Origin: an uncultured Rickettsiales bacterium
Lineage (GTDB): Bacteria; Pseudomonadota; Alphaproteobacteria; Rickettsiales; CANDYO01
DNA length: 64,000 nt
Direction: 5' to 3'
Assembly (NCBI GenBank): GCA_964356785.1
Contig: CAYHIS010000001.1
Span: forward strand, 16,998-80,997
The first letter of the stretch is position 1, and every line of letters begins with the position of its first letter. The notes beneath the pieces were generated by a model. That model was given only the letters and a program-made list of their open reading frames with translations, did not search any database and was not told the DNA's origin. Below, piece after piece: positions 9,068 to 17,651 of the stretch. Both the position numbers and the translations under genes were made by a program.

Positions 9068-9811
9068 TTACTTTACCTCATAAAGCTTATCATCCGCTCT
9101 CTTTATTAGACTCTCAACTGAATCACCATCTTCTAAAGAAGATAGGCCTATGCTTACGGTCAACGGATGTTTTACTTTAATGTTTTTAGATATTCTGTCA
9201 GCTATCAACCGGGCGGTTGTAAGGTTAGTTTTTAAAGCAAGAATGAATTCTTCCCCTCCAAAACGAGCCAATAAATCATCTTCTCTAATATTTTCTGAAA
9301 TCGTTTGCGCTACTTGCTGTAACACTTTATCACCCTCTAGATGACCAAAATTATCATTTATATTTTTAAAATTATCTATATCTATAATAGCCAAAGAAAG
9401 ATCGCTTTTATCAGCTAAGGAATTGCTAATTAAATGTGAAATCTGTGAATCGAAATAATTGCGGTTATATATTTGTGTAAGATTATCATAATTTGCTTTA
9501 TCTAAGTCATTTACAAATTTCTTAGTTCTTAACGCTATTCTAATTCGGGCTTTTATATCTTCCTTATTGGTTGGAAGATTTATATAATCATCCACTCCTA
9601 AATCAAGAGCTTCTTGTAAGTGATGCGATTCATTTTCATTAATTAAAAGGATAATGGTTGATTCTTTGTCTTTATCTAAAAGGTCTTTATAATAATTTCG
9701 TTCTGCAAGAATAACGCTACTCGTGTTTTCAATTGAATGCCCCAAATCTTCTATGGCCTCTCTAACTAAAGCCTTAAGTTCAATATTGTCTACTAGTAAC
9801 TCTATTTTCAC
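9068..9811 (-). CDS. Diguanylate cyclase (GGEEF) with a degenerate N-terminal receiver domain (PleD-like)
   Basis: 247 aa. YNRNYFD...DIDNFKNINDNFGHLEGDKVL...REDDLLARFGGEEF carries an RxxD I-site 5 residues before GGEEF. The REC-like N-terminus has N in place of the phospho-acceptor Asp (IILLINENE) and L in place of the conserved Lys (DYINLP). Confidence 0.8.
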   Translation of the reverse strand: MKIELLVDNIELKALVREAIEDLGHSIENTSSVILAERNYYKDLLDKDKESTIILLINENESHHLQEALDLGVDDYINLPTNKEDIKARIRIALRTKKFVNDLDKANYDNLTQIYNRNYFDSQISHLISNSLADKSDLSLAIIDIDNFKNINDNFGHLEGDKVLQQVAQTISENIREDDLLARFGGEEFILALKTNLTTARLIADRISKNIKVKHPLTVSIGLSSLEDGDSVESLIKRADDKLYEVK

Positions 9812-10299
9812 TCTATTTCCGTTGGTCTTATAGATCTTGCTAAAGTATCTATTACTTTATTTACAAATCCCGCTTCGCTATTTTCATAAAAGGTTTTTGT
9901 AAGGCTTACATATTCATCAATTATAATTTTAGCAGGTATATCTGCGCAATATAACAATTCTATAGTGGCTAGTTCTAAAATGGAACCAATAACTTTATCT
10001 AACTTTGCTAAACTATATTTCTCAATTAAATTATTTTTAATAGTTTGATGAATATCTTTAATATTATTTGTATATAGCAAAATAAGCTGCTCTAGAAGCC
10101 TCTCATCTACCTTGTGTAGCTCTAGTATATCATCGACTTTAACCCCTAGATCAAAAATATCTTTATTATTATAAGCTTCTTTAATGTTTGAACTTATAGA
10201 TTTTATAGTTTTAAGATCTTGCATCTTATAAGAATAAAGTGACAAAATTGCTAAAAACCTAGCAACATGTTTATTTATAGGGTTTGTATTTTCTAACAC
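9808..10299 (-). CDS. nusB: Transcription antitermination factor NusB
   Basis: 163 aa with a GTG start. ARFLAILSLYSY... and the C-terminal IPAKIIIDEYVSLTKTFYENSEAGFVNKVIDTLARSIR follow the NusB pattern. Confidence 0.75.
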   Translation of the reverse strand: MLENTNPINKHVARFLAILSLYSYKMQDLKTIKSISSNIKEAYNNKDIFDLGVKVDDILELHKVDERLLEQLILLYTNNIKDIHQTIKNNLIEKYSLAKLDKVIGSILELATIELLYCADIPAKIIIDEYVSLTKTFYENSEAGFVNKVIDTLARSIRPTEIE

Positions 10300-10333
10300 T
10301 CGAATTTTCCATTATACATTAATAAAACTGGAA

Positions 10334-11749
10334 CTAATACCATCCCAGATACTTCCACCATATACCACCAATACCGGCCCAAATCAATATATTTACTAAG
10401 CTTAATGCAAATCCTATAGTCCACCATTCTCTAATAGAAACGGATTTTGTTTCAAAATAAACTGGCGCAGAAGCTATTCCATAATGAGTAAGCCCACCAC
10501 ATAAAGTGGAAAAATACGCAAGTAGCATCGCCGCAAGCATAGGTGGAACATTGAAGCTAAATAATAAAAGTAAAAAGGTTGTGAATAAAACGGTTACATG
10601 AGCGGTGACGCTAGCAAATAAATAATGTAAATAAAAATAGATTCCTATTAAAATAGGTACAGCGAAAATGGCTTGATAACCACTCAATGACTGACCAATT
10701 TTCATTCCAATCCATTTTATTGTACCAAACTCAGCTAAATAGCCTGATAACATTACCATTATGGCAAACCAAACAAAACTATCCCAAGCATTTTTCTCGT
10801 TTACTGCATCTTGCCAAGTTAGCACTCCTGTAGTTAAAAGAGCAACAACCCCTAACATAGAAACGCCCGTTGCATCTAATCCTATTTTTTTGTCCAGAAT
10901 CCATCCTGTAATTAAAGAGACAAAAACAATCATCATTATTATTTCTTGAATTGTTAATCTTCCCATATGCTTTAGCGCTTCAACAGCATGTTTTGGGGCA
11001 TCAGGAGAATGTTTAATTGCTGGCGGATGCATGAGATACACTAATATTGGCATTACTAATAAAGCAATAATACCAGGAACAATGGCTCCCAGCGCCCATG
11101 AACCCCAAGTAATTTCCACCCCCTCCTTTGAAGCTAAGCTCTGAATTAAGGGATTTGCTGCCATCGCAGTTAAAAACATAGCGCTTGTAATCACATTCGC
11201 TTGCAAGCATACCTGGCTTAAAAAGCCCATATTTCTTTTCTTTTCATTTGGAGTTAGATTTTCTCCATAGGTATTTACCAAAGATTCAACAATAGGATAG
11301 ATAATTCCACCTCCACGAGCCGTAACGCTAGGAATAAGGGGAGAAAGTAAGAATTCTGCAGAAACAAGACCATAAGATAAACCTAAAGTAGTTTTACCCA
11401 ATTTGGAAATAAAATAATATGCGATGCGTTTACCAAGCCCTGTTTTGATAATTCCTCTAGCAATAAAAAAAGCAAAAACTAATAACCAAACTACATTCTC
11501 ACTAAACCCTCGAAGTATCTGCTTAGTAGATAAAACTCCAAGAGCGAGACATGCCCCAGCTCCAAGCAAAGCCACCGCGCTTATAGGAAGTGGATTTAAT
11601 ACTATTCCTAACATAGTACAAATAAAAATCACTAATAGATGCCAACTCTGGAGAGAAAGCTCATCTGAAATAGAATTATGCCAAGCAATTGTTCCTACTA
11701 GAAAAAGAAGCAATAATTTTATGATATTTATATATTTCAAATTTGCCAT
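10334..11749 (-). CDS. DASS-family anion:cation symporter (2-oxoglutarate/malate or dicarboxylate translocator-like)
   Basis: 471 aa, polytopic with about 12-14 TM segments. Segments such as GLGKRIAYYFI, LIPSVTARGGGIIYPI and TLCGGLTHYGIASAPVYF are typical of the SLC13/CitT/SodiT family. Confidence 0.75.
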   Translation of the reverse strand: MANLKYINIIKLLLLFLVGTIAWHNSISDELSLQSWHLLVIFICTMLGIVLNPLPISAVALLGAGACLALGVLSTKQILRGFSENVVWLLVFAFFIARGIIKTGLGKRIAYYFISKLGKTTLGLSYGLVSAEFLLSPLIPSVTARGGGIIYPIVESLVNTYGENLTPNEKKRNMGFLSQVCLQANVITSAMFLTAMAANPLIQSLASKEGVEITWGSWALGAIVPGIIALLVMPILVYLMHPPAIKHSPDAPKHAVEALKHMGRLTIQEIIMMIVFVSLITGWILDKKIGLDATGVSMLGVVALLTTGVLTWQDAVNEKNAWDSFVWFAIMVMLSGYLAEFGTIKWIGMKIGQSLSGYQAIFAVPILIGIYFYLHYLFASVTAHVTVLFTTFLLLLFSFNVPPMLAAMLLAYFSTLCGGLTHYGIASAPVYFETKSVSIREWWTIGFALSLVNILIWAGIGGIWWKYLGWY

Positions 11750-11878
11750 TTAAACCCTCTAAAAATATAATATTATTTAGTGAAGGAGGAGTATATACCA
11801 AATTTAATAATTTGCATATTTTGTTTTTTTATATAAAATATTTTTTTAAAACTATATTTAAGAATTTTCTAGGAAATA

Positions 11879-12586
11879 ATGGATTTTTTTGAGATTACCA
11901 CTTTACTAAACTTACTAACTTTAACAGGATTAGAAATTGTACTTGGCATTGATAATGTAATTTTTATTGCATTATTAGTGCAGCATCTGCGTGGAAAAAG
12001 AAGAACGCATGCACGGGTTTTGGGCCTAAGCCTAGCTCTCATTTTCCGTATATTAATGCTTTTTGGTGCAAGCTGGATAATGACGCTTACAACTCCATTA
12101 TTTACATTAGCAAAATTCCCAATAACCGGAAGAAGCTTACTTCTTATAATAGGTGGATTATTTTTAGTAGTAAAATCTGCTATCGAGCTTAAAGAAATGT
12201 TTTATGAACATAAAGAATCTCAATCACCTAAAGCCGTTGAAACAAGGTTTTTTAAAATTATTGCTCAGATAATTTTTATAGATATAATTCTTTCATTTGA
12301 TTCAATAATTACCGCCGTAGGAATTAGTAATCAATTACCGGTAATGGTTACTGCGGTAGTTATAGCTATAATAGTGATGCTACTTGCTGCAAATCCCATT
12401 GGCAACTTTATATATGAAAATCCTTCGATAAAACTAATGGCCTTAGCCTTTATATTTTTAGTAGGGGTATTCTTAACACTAAGCGGAATTGACATCGAAA
12501 TAGAAAAAGGATATTTATACTTCGCCATGTTCTTCAGTAGTATGGTGGAATGGATGAATATAAAGCTGAAGAGAAAAAATCTATAG
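11879..12586 (+). CDS. TerC-family integral membrane protein
   Basis: 235 aa. LEIVLGIDNVIFIALL and SFDSIITAVG are the duplicated TerC signature segments. Confidence 0.8.
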   Translation: MDFFEITTLLNLLTLTGLEIVLGIDNVIFIALLVQHLRGKRRTHARVLGLSLALIFRILMLFGASWIMTLTTPLFTLAKFPITGRSLLLIIGGLFLVVKSAIELKEMFYEHKESQSPKAVETRFFKIIAQIIFIDIILSFDSIITAVGISNQLPVMVTAVVIAIIVMLLAANPIGNFIYENPSIKLMALAFIFLVGVFLTLSGIDIEIEKGYLYFAMFFSSMVEWMNIKLKRKNL

Positions 12587-12589
12587 CTC

Positions 12590-13678
12590 ATGAAACAATT
12601 ACTTATTTATATTAGAAATTTCTTTTTTTTGCTAATGATTTTTATCATCAGCGTACTAATTTATATTCGCATTTTTTTGCCATTTCCTAATAATTCTGTA
12701 ATAGTTCCTCGTGATGGAGGTACTGGAAACCAAATGTTTATCTATGCAGCTGGATATTCATTAGCTAAAAAAACTAATAGTAAACTCTTCGTGCTGATTG
12801 ACGAAAAGGATATGCAAAATAACCCTTATAATTCACAAAGAAGAAATTTCGTCTTTCATAAATTAAATATCCCTCAAGAATCTGTTATATATCAGAGTAA
12901 ATTAAATAAATTATTTACTAAACTATACATAAAACTTAAGTTAAAAGGTGCGCAACGCAATAAAGAGTTAGATATATTAAGAGACTTACTTAAAATAGTT
13001 TTTAATGTTAAGTTAGTTGACGATCAAAATTTTTTTGATGTTGTAAAACAAAAAAATAATCAAGTTTTATTGATGAATGACTATTTGGAGTCCTATCTTT
13101 ATTTTGAAGACTATAAAGATGATTTAATAAAATTATTTACTCCATCAGATCTTAACATTAAGAATTTGGAAAACATAGTTTCGCAGGTTTCTAATAAAAC
13201 TTCTATATGTGTTCATGTTAGAAGAACTGACAAAATAGATTCAAAGCATTACTTACCTATAGATTATCAAAAACAAGCTATAAATTTAGCCAAAGAATCT
13301 ATCAGCAACCCAACTTTTTTTATATTTTCTGATGACATTGATATGACTAAAAAAGAATTGGGCAATATAACAAATAGCATTTATGTAAGTGGGCATTCAT
13401 CGATAGAGGACTTTTATATACTAAATAACTGTCATAATATTATAGTCGCAAATAGCTCGTTTAGTTGGTGGGCAGCTTATTTAAATAAACAAAAAGATAG
13501 ACTAGTAATAGCCCCTTATCCAAAATATAGCCCAGAGTTTTTTCTAGAGGCTTATGATGATGGTATAAGACGTCAAAAACAAAAACTATCACAAATAGGT
13601 TATTGCCCAAAAGAATGGATATTACTTGACTACCAAAAAAATCAAATTACTTTTAACTCCAAAGAAAAAGAAAATTAA
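12590..13678 (+). CDS. Alpha-1,2-fucosyltransferase (GT11) with N-terminal membrane anchor
   Basis: 362 aa. GGTGNQMFIYAAGYSLA (GT11 N-terminal motif), CVHVRRTD (HxRRxD motif I) and ANSSFSWWAAYL (motif III). Anchor FFFLLMIFIISVLIYIRIF. Confidence 0.85.
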   Translation: MKQLLIYIRNFFFLLMIFIISVLIYIRIFLPFPNNSVIVPRDGGTGNQMFIYAAGYSLAKKTNSKLFVLIDEKDMQNNPYNSQRRNFVFHKLNIPQESVIYQSKLNKLFTKLYIKLKLKGAQRNKELDILRDLLKIVFNVKLVDDQNFFDVVKQKNNQVLLMNDYLESYLYFEDYKDDLIKLFTPSDLNIKNLENIVSQVSNKTSICVHVRRTDKIDSKHYLPIDYQKQAINLAKESISNPTFFIFSDDIDMTKKELGNITNSIYVSGHSSIEDFYILNNCHNIIVANSSFSWWAAYLNKQKDRLVIAPYPKYSPEFFLEAYDDGIRRQKQKLSQIGYCPKEWILLDYQKNQITFNSKEKEN

Positions 13679-13680
13679 TT

Positions 13681-14676
13681 ATGAAAATACGTAACTTATT
13701 AATAATTTTATCAATTCTTGCAACAATAATATCTTTATATTATCTTCAACATAATCGTATAAAATATAAAATAAAAATATTTGCATTAGAGAAAACTGTT
13801 GCAGAAACTGGAAGAGAACTTTTTCCTAGATATAAATTCGCCACTCAAGATTTAATCAAAACATATGAGAATGATTTATCTACTATAACCAAAGAAGATT
13901 TCTTATTAGCTAAAGAAACCGCCTCACAAGAAGAAAAAGTAAAATTTTGCGTTGTAATACCTTCTTATAATAATGTAAATTATGCCACCCAAAATATTAA
14001 CTCTGTTTTTCGTCAAAATTATCATAATTGGAGAGCAATTATTATTGATGATAATTCAAATGATGGAATGAGTGAGTTGCTAGTTAAAATAAAGCAAGAA
14101 AGCAATTTGCCTGATGAAAAATTAACTATACTAAGACATGAAACAAGAATGCGCTCAGCATTATATAGCACACATTACGCTGCTAATAATTTTTGTAAAG
14201 ATAATGAAGTATTAGTAATGCTTGATGGAGATGATATGCTTGCCACTTCAAGTGCTTTAAAACAGTTAGCTGAAGTCTATCAAGATGGCTCAATCTGGGT
14301 TACATATGGGCAGCAGTTGGATAATAACGGAACCCCTTGTAATTGTAGCCGCGAAATATCTAAAGAAAAATGGCAAGAGATAAGAAATTCACCCTTTGAT
14401 ACTTCTCACCTAAAAACATGTTATACATGGTTATTTAGAAAAATAAAACTAGAGGATTTAAAATATCAAGGTAGATTTATTACTTCAGCTTGCGATATAC
14501 CAATCATGTTTCCTGTTTTAGAAATGGCAGGGAAAGAAAGAGTAAAAGCTATGGATCATATATTATATATTTGGAGAACTCATCAAAATAATGAAAATAA
14601 AATATATTCTAAGGAACAAAAGAAAGTAGCAGAATATGTAAGCAAATTACCAAAGTATAAAAAACTAGATTTATAA
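13681..14676 (+). CDS. GT2-family glycosyltransferase, copy 1 of a tandem duplicate, N-terminal anchor
   Basis: 331 aa. FCVVIPSYNNVNYATQNINSVFRQNY...IIIDDNSNDG...VMLDGDDML is a GT-A fold with the DxD motif. Anchor LLIILSILATIISLYYL. Confidence 0.85.
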   Translation: MKIRNLLIILSILATIISLYYLQHNRIKYKIKIFALEKTVAETGRELFPRYKFATQDLIKTYENDLSTITKEDFLLAKETASQEEKVKFCVVIPSYNNVNYATQNINSVFRQNYHNWRAIIIDDNSNDGMSELLVKIKQESNLPDEKLTILRHETRMRSALYSTHYAANNFCKDNEVLVMLDGDDMLATSSALKQLAEVYQDGSIWVTYGQQLDNNGTPCNCSREISKEKWQEIRNSPFDTSHLKTCYTWLFRKIKLEDLKYQGRFITSACDIPIMFPVLEMAGKERVKAMDHILYIWRTHQNNENKIYSKEQKKVAEYVSKLPKYKKLDL

Positions 14677-14721
14677 AAAATATTATTAATCTAGCCAAGT
14701 AACATGTAAGGAAAATCAATC

Positions 14722-15714
14722 ATGAGAATCCGCAATTTAATTTTAATTATATCATTAATAATAACAATTATTTCTCTTTATTATCTTCAACATAATCGTA
14801 TAAAGCATAAAAGAAAAATACTTGCATTGAAGGAAATAGTTGCAGAGCCGGGAAGAGCGCTTCTTCCTAGGTATAAATTCGCAACTCAAGATCTAATCAA
14901 AACATATGAGAATGATTTATCTACTATAACAAAGGAAGATTTCTTATTAGCTAAAGAAATCGCCTCACAAGAAGAAAAAGTAAAATTTTGTGTTGTAATA
15001 CCTTCTTATAATAACGTAAATTATGCCACGCAAAATATTAATTCTGTTTTTCGTCAAAATTATCATAATTGGAGAGCAATTATTATTGATGATGGATCCA
15101 ATGATGGAATGAGTGAATTACTAGTTAAAATAAAACAAGACAGCAATTTGCCTGATGAAAAGTTAACTATCCTAAGACATGAAACAAGGATACGTTCAGC
15201 GTTATATAGTTTTTATGAAGCTACACATAATTTTTGTAAAGATGATGAAGTGTTAGTGATGCTTGATGGAGATGATATGTTGGCTACCTCAAGCACTTTA
15301 AAGCAATTAGCTTCGGTTTACGAAGATAGCTCAATTTGGGTAACATATGGGCAGCAGCTAGATACAAATGGCACCCCATGCAATTGTAGCGATGAAATAC
15401 CTAAAGAAAAATGGCCATATATAAGAAAATTACCCTTTACTACCTCTCACTTAAGAACTTGCTATACATGGTTGTTTAATCAAATAGCATTAAAAGACCT
15501 GCAATATCAAGGAGAGTTTCTTAACTCTGGTTGGGATTTAGCGATAATGTATCCTATTTTAGAAATGGCAGGAAAAGCAAGAGTAAAAGCCATGGATCAT
15601 ATATTGTATATATGGAGAACACATGAAAATAATGATGGAAAAATATATTCTCAAGAACAAAAGGAACTCACAAAATATATTAGCAGTCTACCAAAATATA
15701 AACAGTTAGATTAA
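14722..15714 (+). CDS. GT2-family glycosyltransferase, copy 2 of a tandem duplicate
   Basis: 330 aa, colinear with copy 1. My hand alignment gives about 65 mismatches over 330 positions. Residues ~51-124 are almost identical and the C-terminal third has diverged. Confidence 0.85.
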   Translation: MRIRNLILIISLIITIISLYYLQHNRIKHKRKILALKEIVAEPGRALLPRYKFATQDLIKTYENDLSTITKEDFLLAKEIASQEEKVKFCVVIPSYNNVNYATQNINSVFRQNYHNWRAIIIDDGSNDGMSELLVKIKQDSNLPDEKLTILRHETRIRSALYSFYEATHNFCKDDEVLVMLDGDDMLATSSTLKQLASVYEDSSIWVTYGQQLDTNGTPCNCSDEIPKEKWPYIRKLPFTTSHLRTCYTWLFNQIALKDLQYQGEFLNSGWDLAIMYPILEMAGKARVKAMDHILYIWRTHENNDGKIYSQEQKELTKYISSLPKYKQLD

Positions 15715-15766
15715 GGGCTACATCATTTAAAGAATAAATTTCAATTGCTTCTATAGAAATAAAAAG

Positions 15767-16711
15767 TTAAAAACATGGTTCATAAAGTTGATTTCTTAAC
15801 AACCATTCACTGATTTTCTTACTTTTAGAAAAAAACTTAAGCTCTTTATTAAAAGTTTGAGAAGTTAAACTTCTTTCATCGTGACGTCTAGTAACGCAAA
15901 AAGCCTTTGCATGCGCTGGAAATTCTTTGTAAACAGTAAAATTTTCTGGGTTTTGATAATATAATGCCGTTAAAATAGCTTGATCATGGCGATGATCTTT
16001 AAAATCAGGATACTCATTTTTGCTTGCAATATCTGTTAACAACTCCGGATCTTCACAATAATGCAGCCAATTTTTCACAAGTTTTCTTGTTTTTGCATTA
16101 TTCTTAATAAGCAGGAAACCACCTTGGAATTGAATTTTATCTCTAACTAACTCATTACTATTAAGCATCTTATCAATTATAGTTCTTTTCATATATATTC
16201 TATTTGTATGGCTATTAGGAAATAAAGTGAAATCATTGTTTTTAGTTTCTTCTAATAATTTATAAATTCCCTCTTTAATTAAAGCAGATCTATCTAGATA
16301 AAGCAAAACATCACCTTCATTCATCATATTTAATGTTTTGAGTATAATATATGGTTTCCATAACCAATATCCAGCACCTCTTGTTTGAGACAGAATAAAT
16401 TTATTTTTCTTATAAAATTCTGGGTCAATATGATGGGGTTGATAAGGTAATATTACATCAAAAACTCCAGCCATAGATGCACTCATATTTAAGTTGTTCT
16501 GATTCTGAATATATATTCCATGACTAGCATATGAAATTAACCAAAGCTTCTCCTTTTTATAAACTTTATAAGCATTTTTTATCGGATATGTAGATATATC
16601 CGTTGAATCTCGAAAGTCCTTTAAAGATAATATGCATAAATATAAGAATATTGATAAGAAAACTAATACTATTACAATAATATATAAAATATTTATTTTA
16701 AAATTTCTCAT
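15767..16711 (-). CDS. Uncharacterised membrane-anchored protein, probable GT-A-like sugar transferase ('GAGYWLWKPY' family)
   Basis: 314 aa. Anchor ILYIIVIVLVFLSIFLYLCIL. Motifs RGAGYWLWKPYIILKTL, LLYLDRSA (DxD-like position) and HRHDQAILT. Paralog of the partial ORF at 63197. The family assignment is inference from context only. Confidence 0.45.
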   Translation of the reverse strand: MRNFKINILYIIVIVLVFLSIFLYLCILSLKDFRDSTDISTYPIKNAYKVYKKEKLWLISYASHGIYIQNQNNLNMSASMAGVFDVILPYQPHHIDPEFYKKNKFILSQTRGAGYWLWKPYIILKTLNMMNEGDVLLYLDRSALIKEGIYKLLEETKNNDFTLFPNSHTNRIYMKRTIIDKMLNSNELVRDKIQFQGGFLLIKNNAKTRKLVKNWLHYCEDPELLTDIASKNEYPDFKDHRHDQAILTALYYQNPENFTVYKEFPAHAKAFCVTRRHDERSLTSQTFNKELKFFSKSKKISEWLLRNQLYEPCF

Positions 16712-17651
16712 CTATTTTCCTTTTTAATATTGGTGCTAATTTCTGTCTTAGTTTATTTTTCATATTTTCATAATCCATTTTATGATCGGTAATTATAATC
16801 TGCTCCCAAATTTCGCAATATTTCTTATCATTCTTATCTACTTCTATAATATAGTTAACTAAATCTTCTTCTGTTTCAAAGTCTTGTGCTGAAATAATAG
16901 CTTTTTTATTAATATCTTCTTGAGCTTTAATATCAGCATAATAAATAGGAACTGAGCCTGAGAAATAAGCATTAAAAACTTTTTCTGTTGTATAGCCAGG
17001 ATATGTTTGATTTTCATAAGCAATTACAAATTTACATTTTGATAAAAATTCCAACGTATCTTCAGAAGAAACGGTTTTACCTATGTTATTAAGATGCCCC
17101 CCACCACTTACTACGGGTTTATATAAAGAAAGTCTATGAAACAAACGATCACGAGCTGAAACTCCATCATAATATCGCTCTTTAGACCCATTCCCAACTA
17201 AAAAACAAGCAAAATGAGGATGGTCATTTTTACATTTCCCTCTTTTGAAAGAAGGTTCTAGGTTTTTATTTATATTATTATAAAAATAATATAAAGGAAT
17301 TCTTATATAATTAGACCATTCTTCATCGATAGGTGCAAAGCCTATAGACAAATCATAATTTTCTAATTTTGCAGGGTAAGCCTCGCCTATAAAGAAAATT
17401 TTAATTGCGTTATTATTATTGATCGGATCGTTTCCGAATACACTATTAATTATTAAATCATAATCGTCTTTGTTTGTAATTTTAATTACATATTTTTCCT
17501 CTAATATTTCTTTTATCATAGAAAAATCAGTAATTTTTGCGTTTTGATGTAAATTTTGTAACTTTACTTTAATAACTGGTCTAGAATGAGTTGAGTAAAT
17601 AAAAACACTAGAGCATATTATTACAAATACTGTAAAAATCTTAAAAATCAC
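16698..17651 (-). CDS. Alpha-1,3(/4)-fucosyltransferase (GT10) with N-terminal anchor
   Basis: 317 aa with a GTG start. KFVIAYENQTYPGYTTEKVFNAYFSGSVPIYYA matches the GT10 alpha-1,3-FucT motif (FENS..GY.TEK...A...G.VP.Y.G). FACFLVGNG...R..L...LSLYKPVVSGG matches the preceding conserved block. Confidence 0.8.
   Translation of the reverse strand: MIFKIFTVFVIICSSVFIYSTHSRPVIKVKLQNLHQNAKITDFSMIKEILEEKYVIKITNKDDYDLIINSVFGNDPINNNNAIKIFFIGEAYPAKLENYDLSIGFAPIDEEWSNYIRIPLYYFYNNINKNLEPSFKRGKCKNDHPHFACFLVGNGSKERYYDGVSARDRLFHRLSLYKPVVSGGGHLNNIGKTVSSEDTLEFLSKCKFVIAYENQTYPGYTTEKVFNAYFSGSVPIYYADIKAQEDINKKAIISAQDFETEEDLVNYIIEVDKNDKKYCEIWEQIIITDHKMDYENMKNKLRQKLAPILKRKIDEKF

Noticed and set aside
11781-11825. 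GGAGGAGUAU...UUUGCAUAU upstream of the TerC-family gene, reminiscent of the yybP-ykoY Mn2+ riboswitch (GGGGAGUAG / UUGACAUAU loops)
   Set aside because: The two boxes are only about 30 nt apart, and I could find no sequence able to form the four-helix junction. The resemblance is probably a coincidence. A covariance-model scan (Rfam RF00080) would settle it.
12623-12630. Homopolymer tracts inside glycosyltransferase genes (T8 at 12623..12630 in the GT11 gene; A8/T8 at 3693..3700 in the CgeB-like gene), considered as possible phase-variation switches like the H. pylori fut genes
   Set aside because: Runs of 8 A/T are expected by chance in DNA this AT-rich. There are no poly-C/G tracts, and no evidence of length heterogeneity can be obtained from a single sequence.
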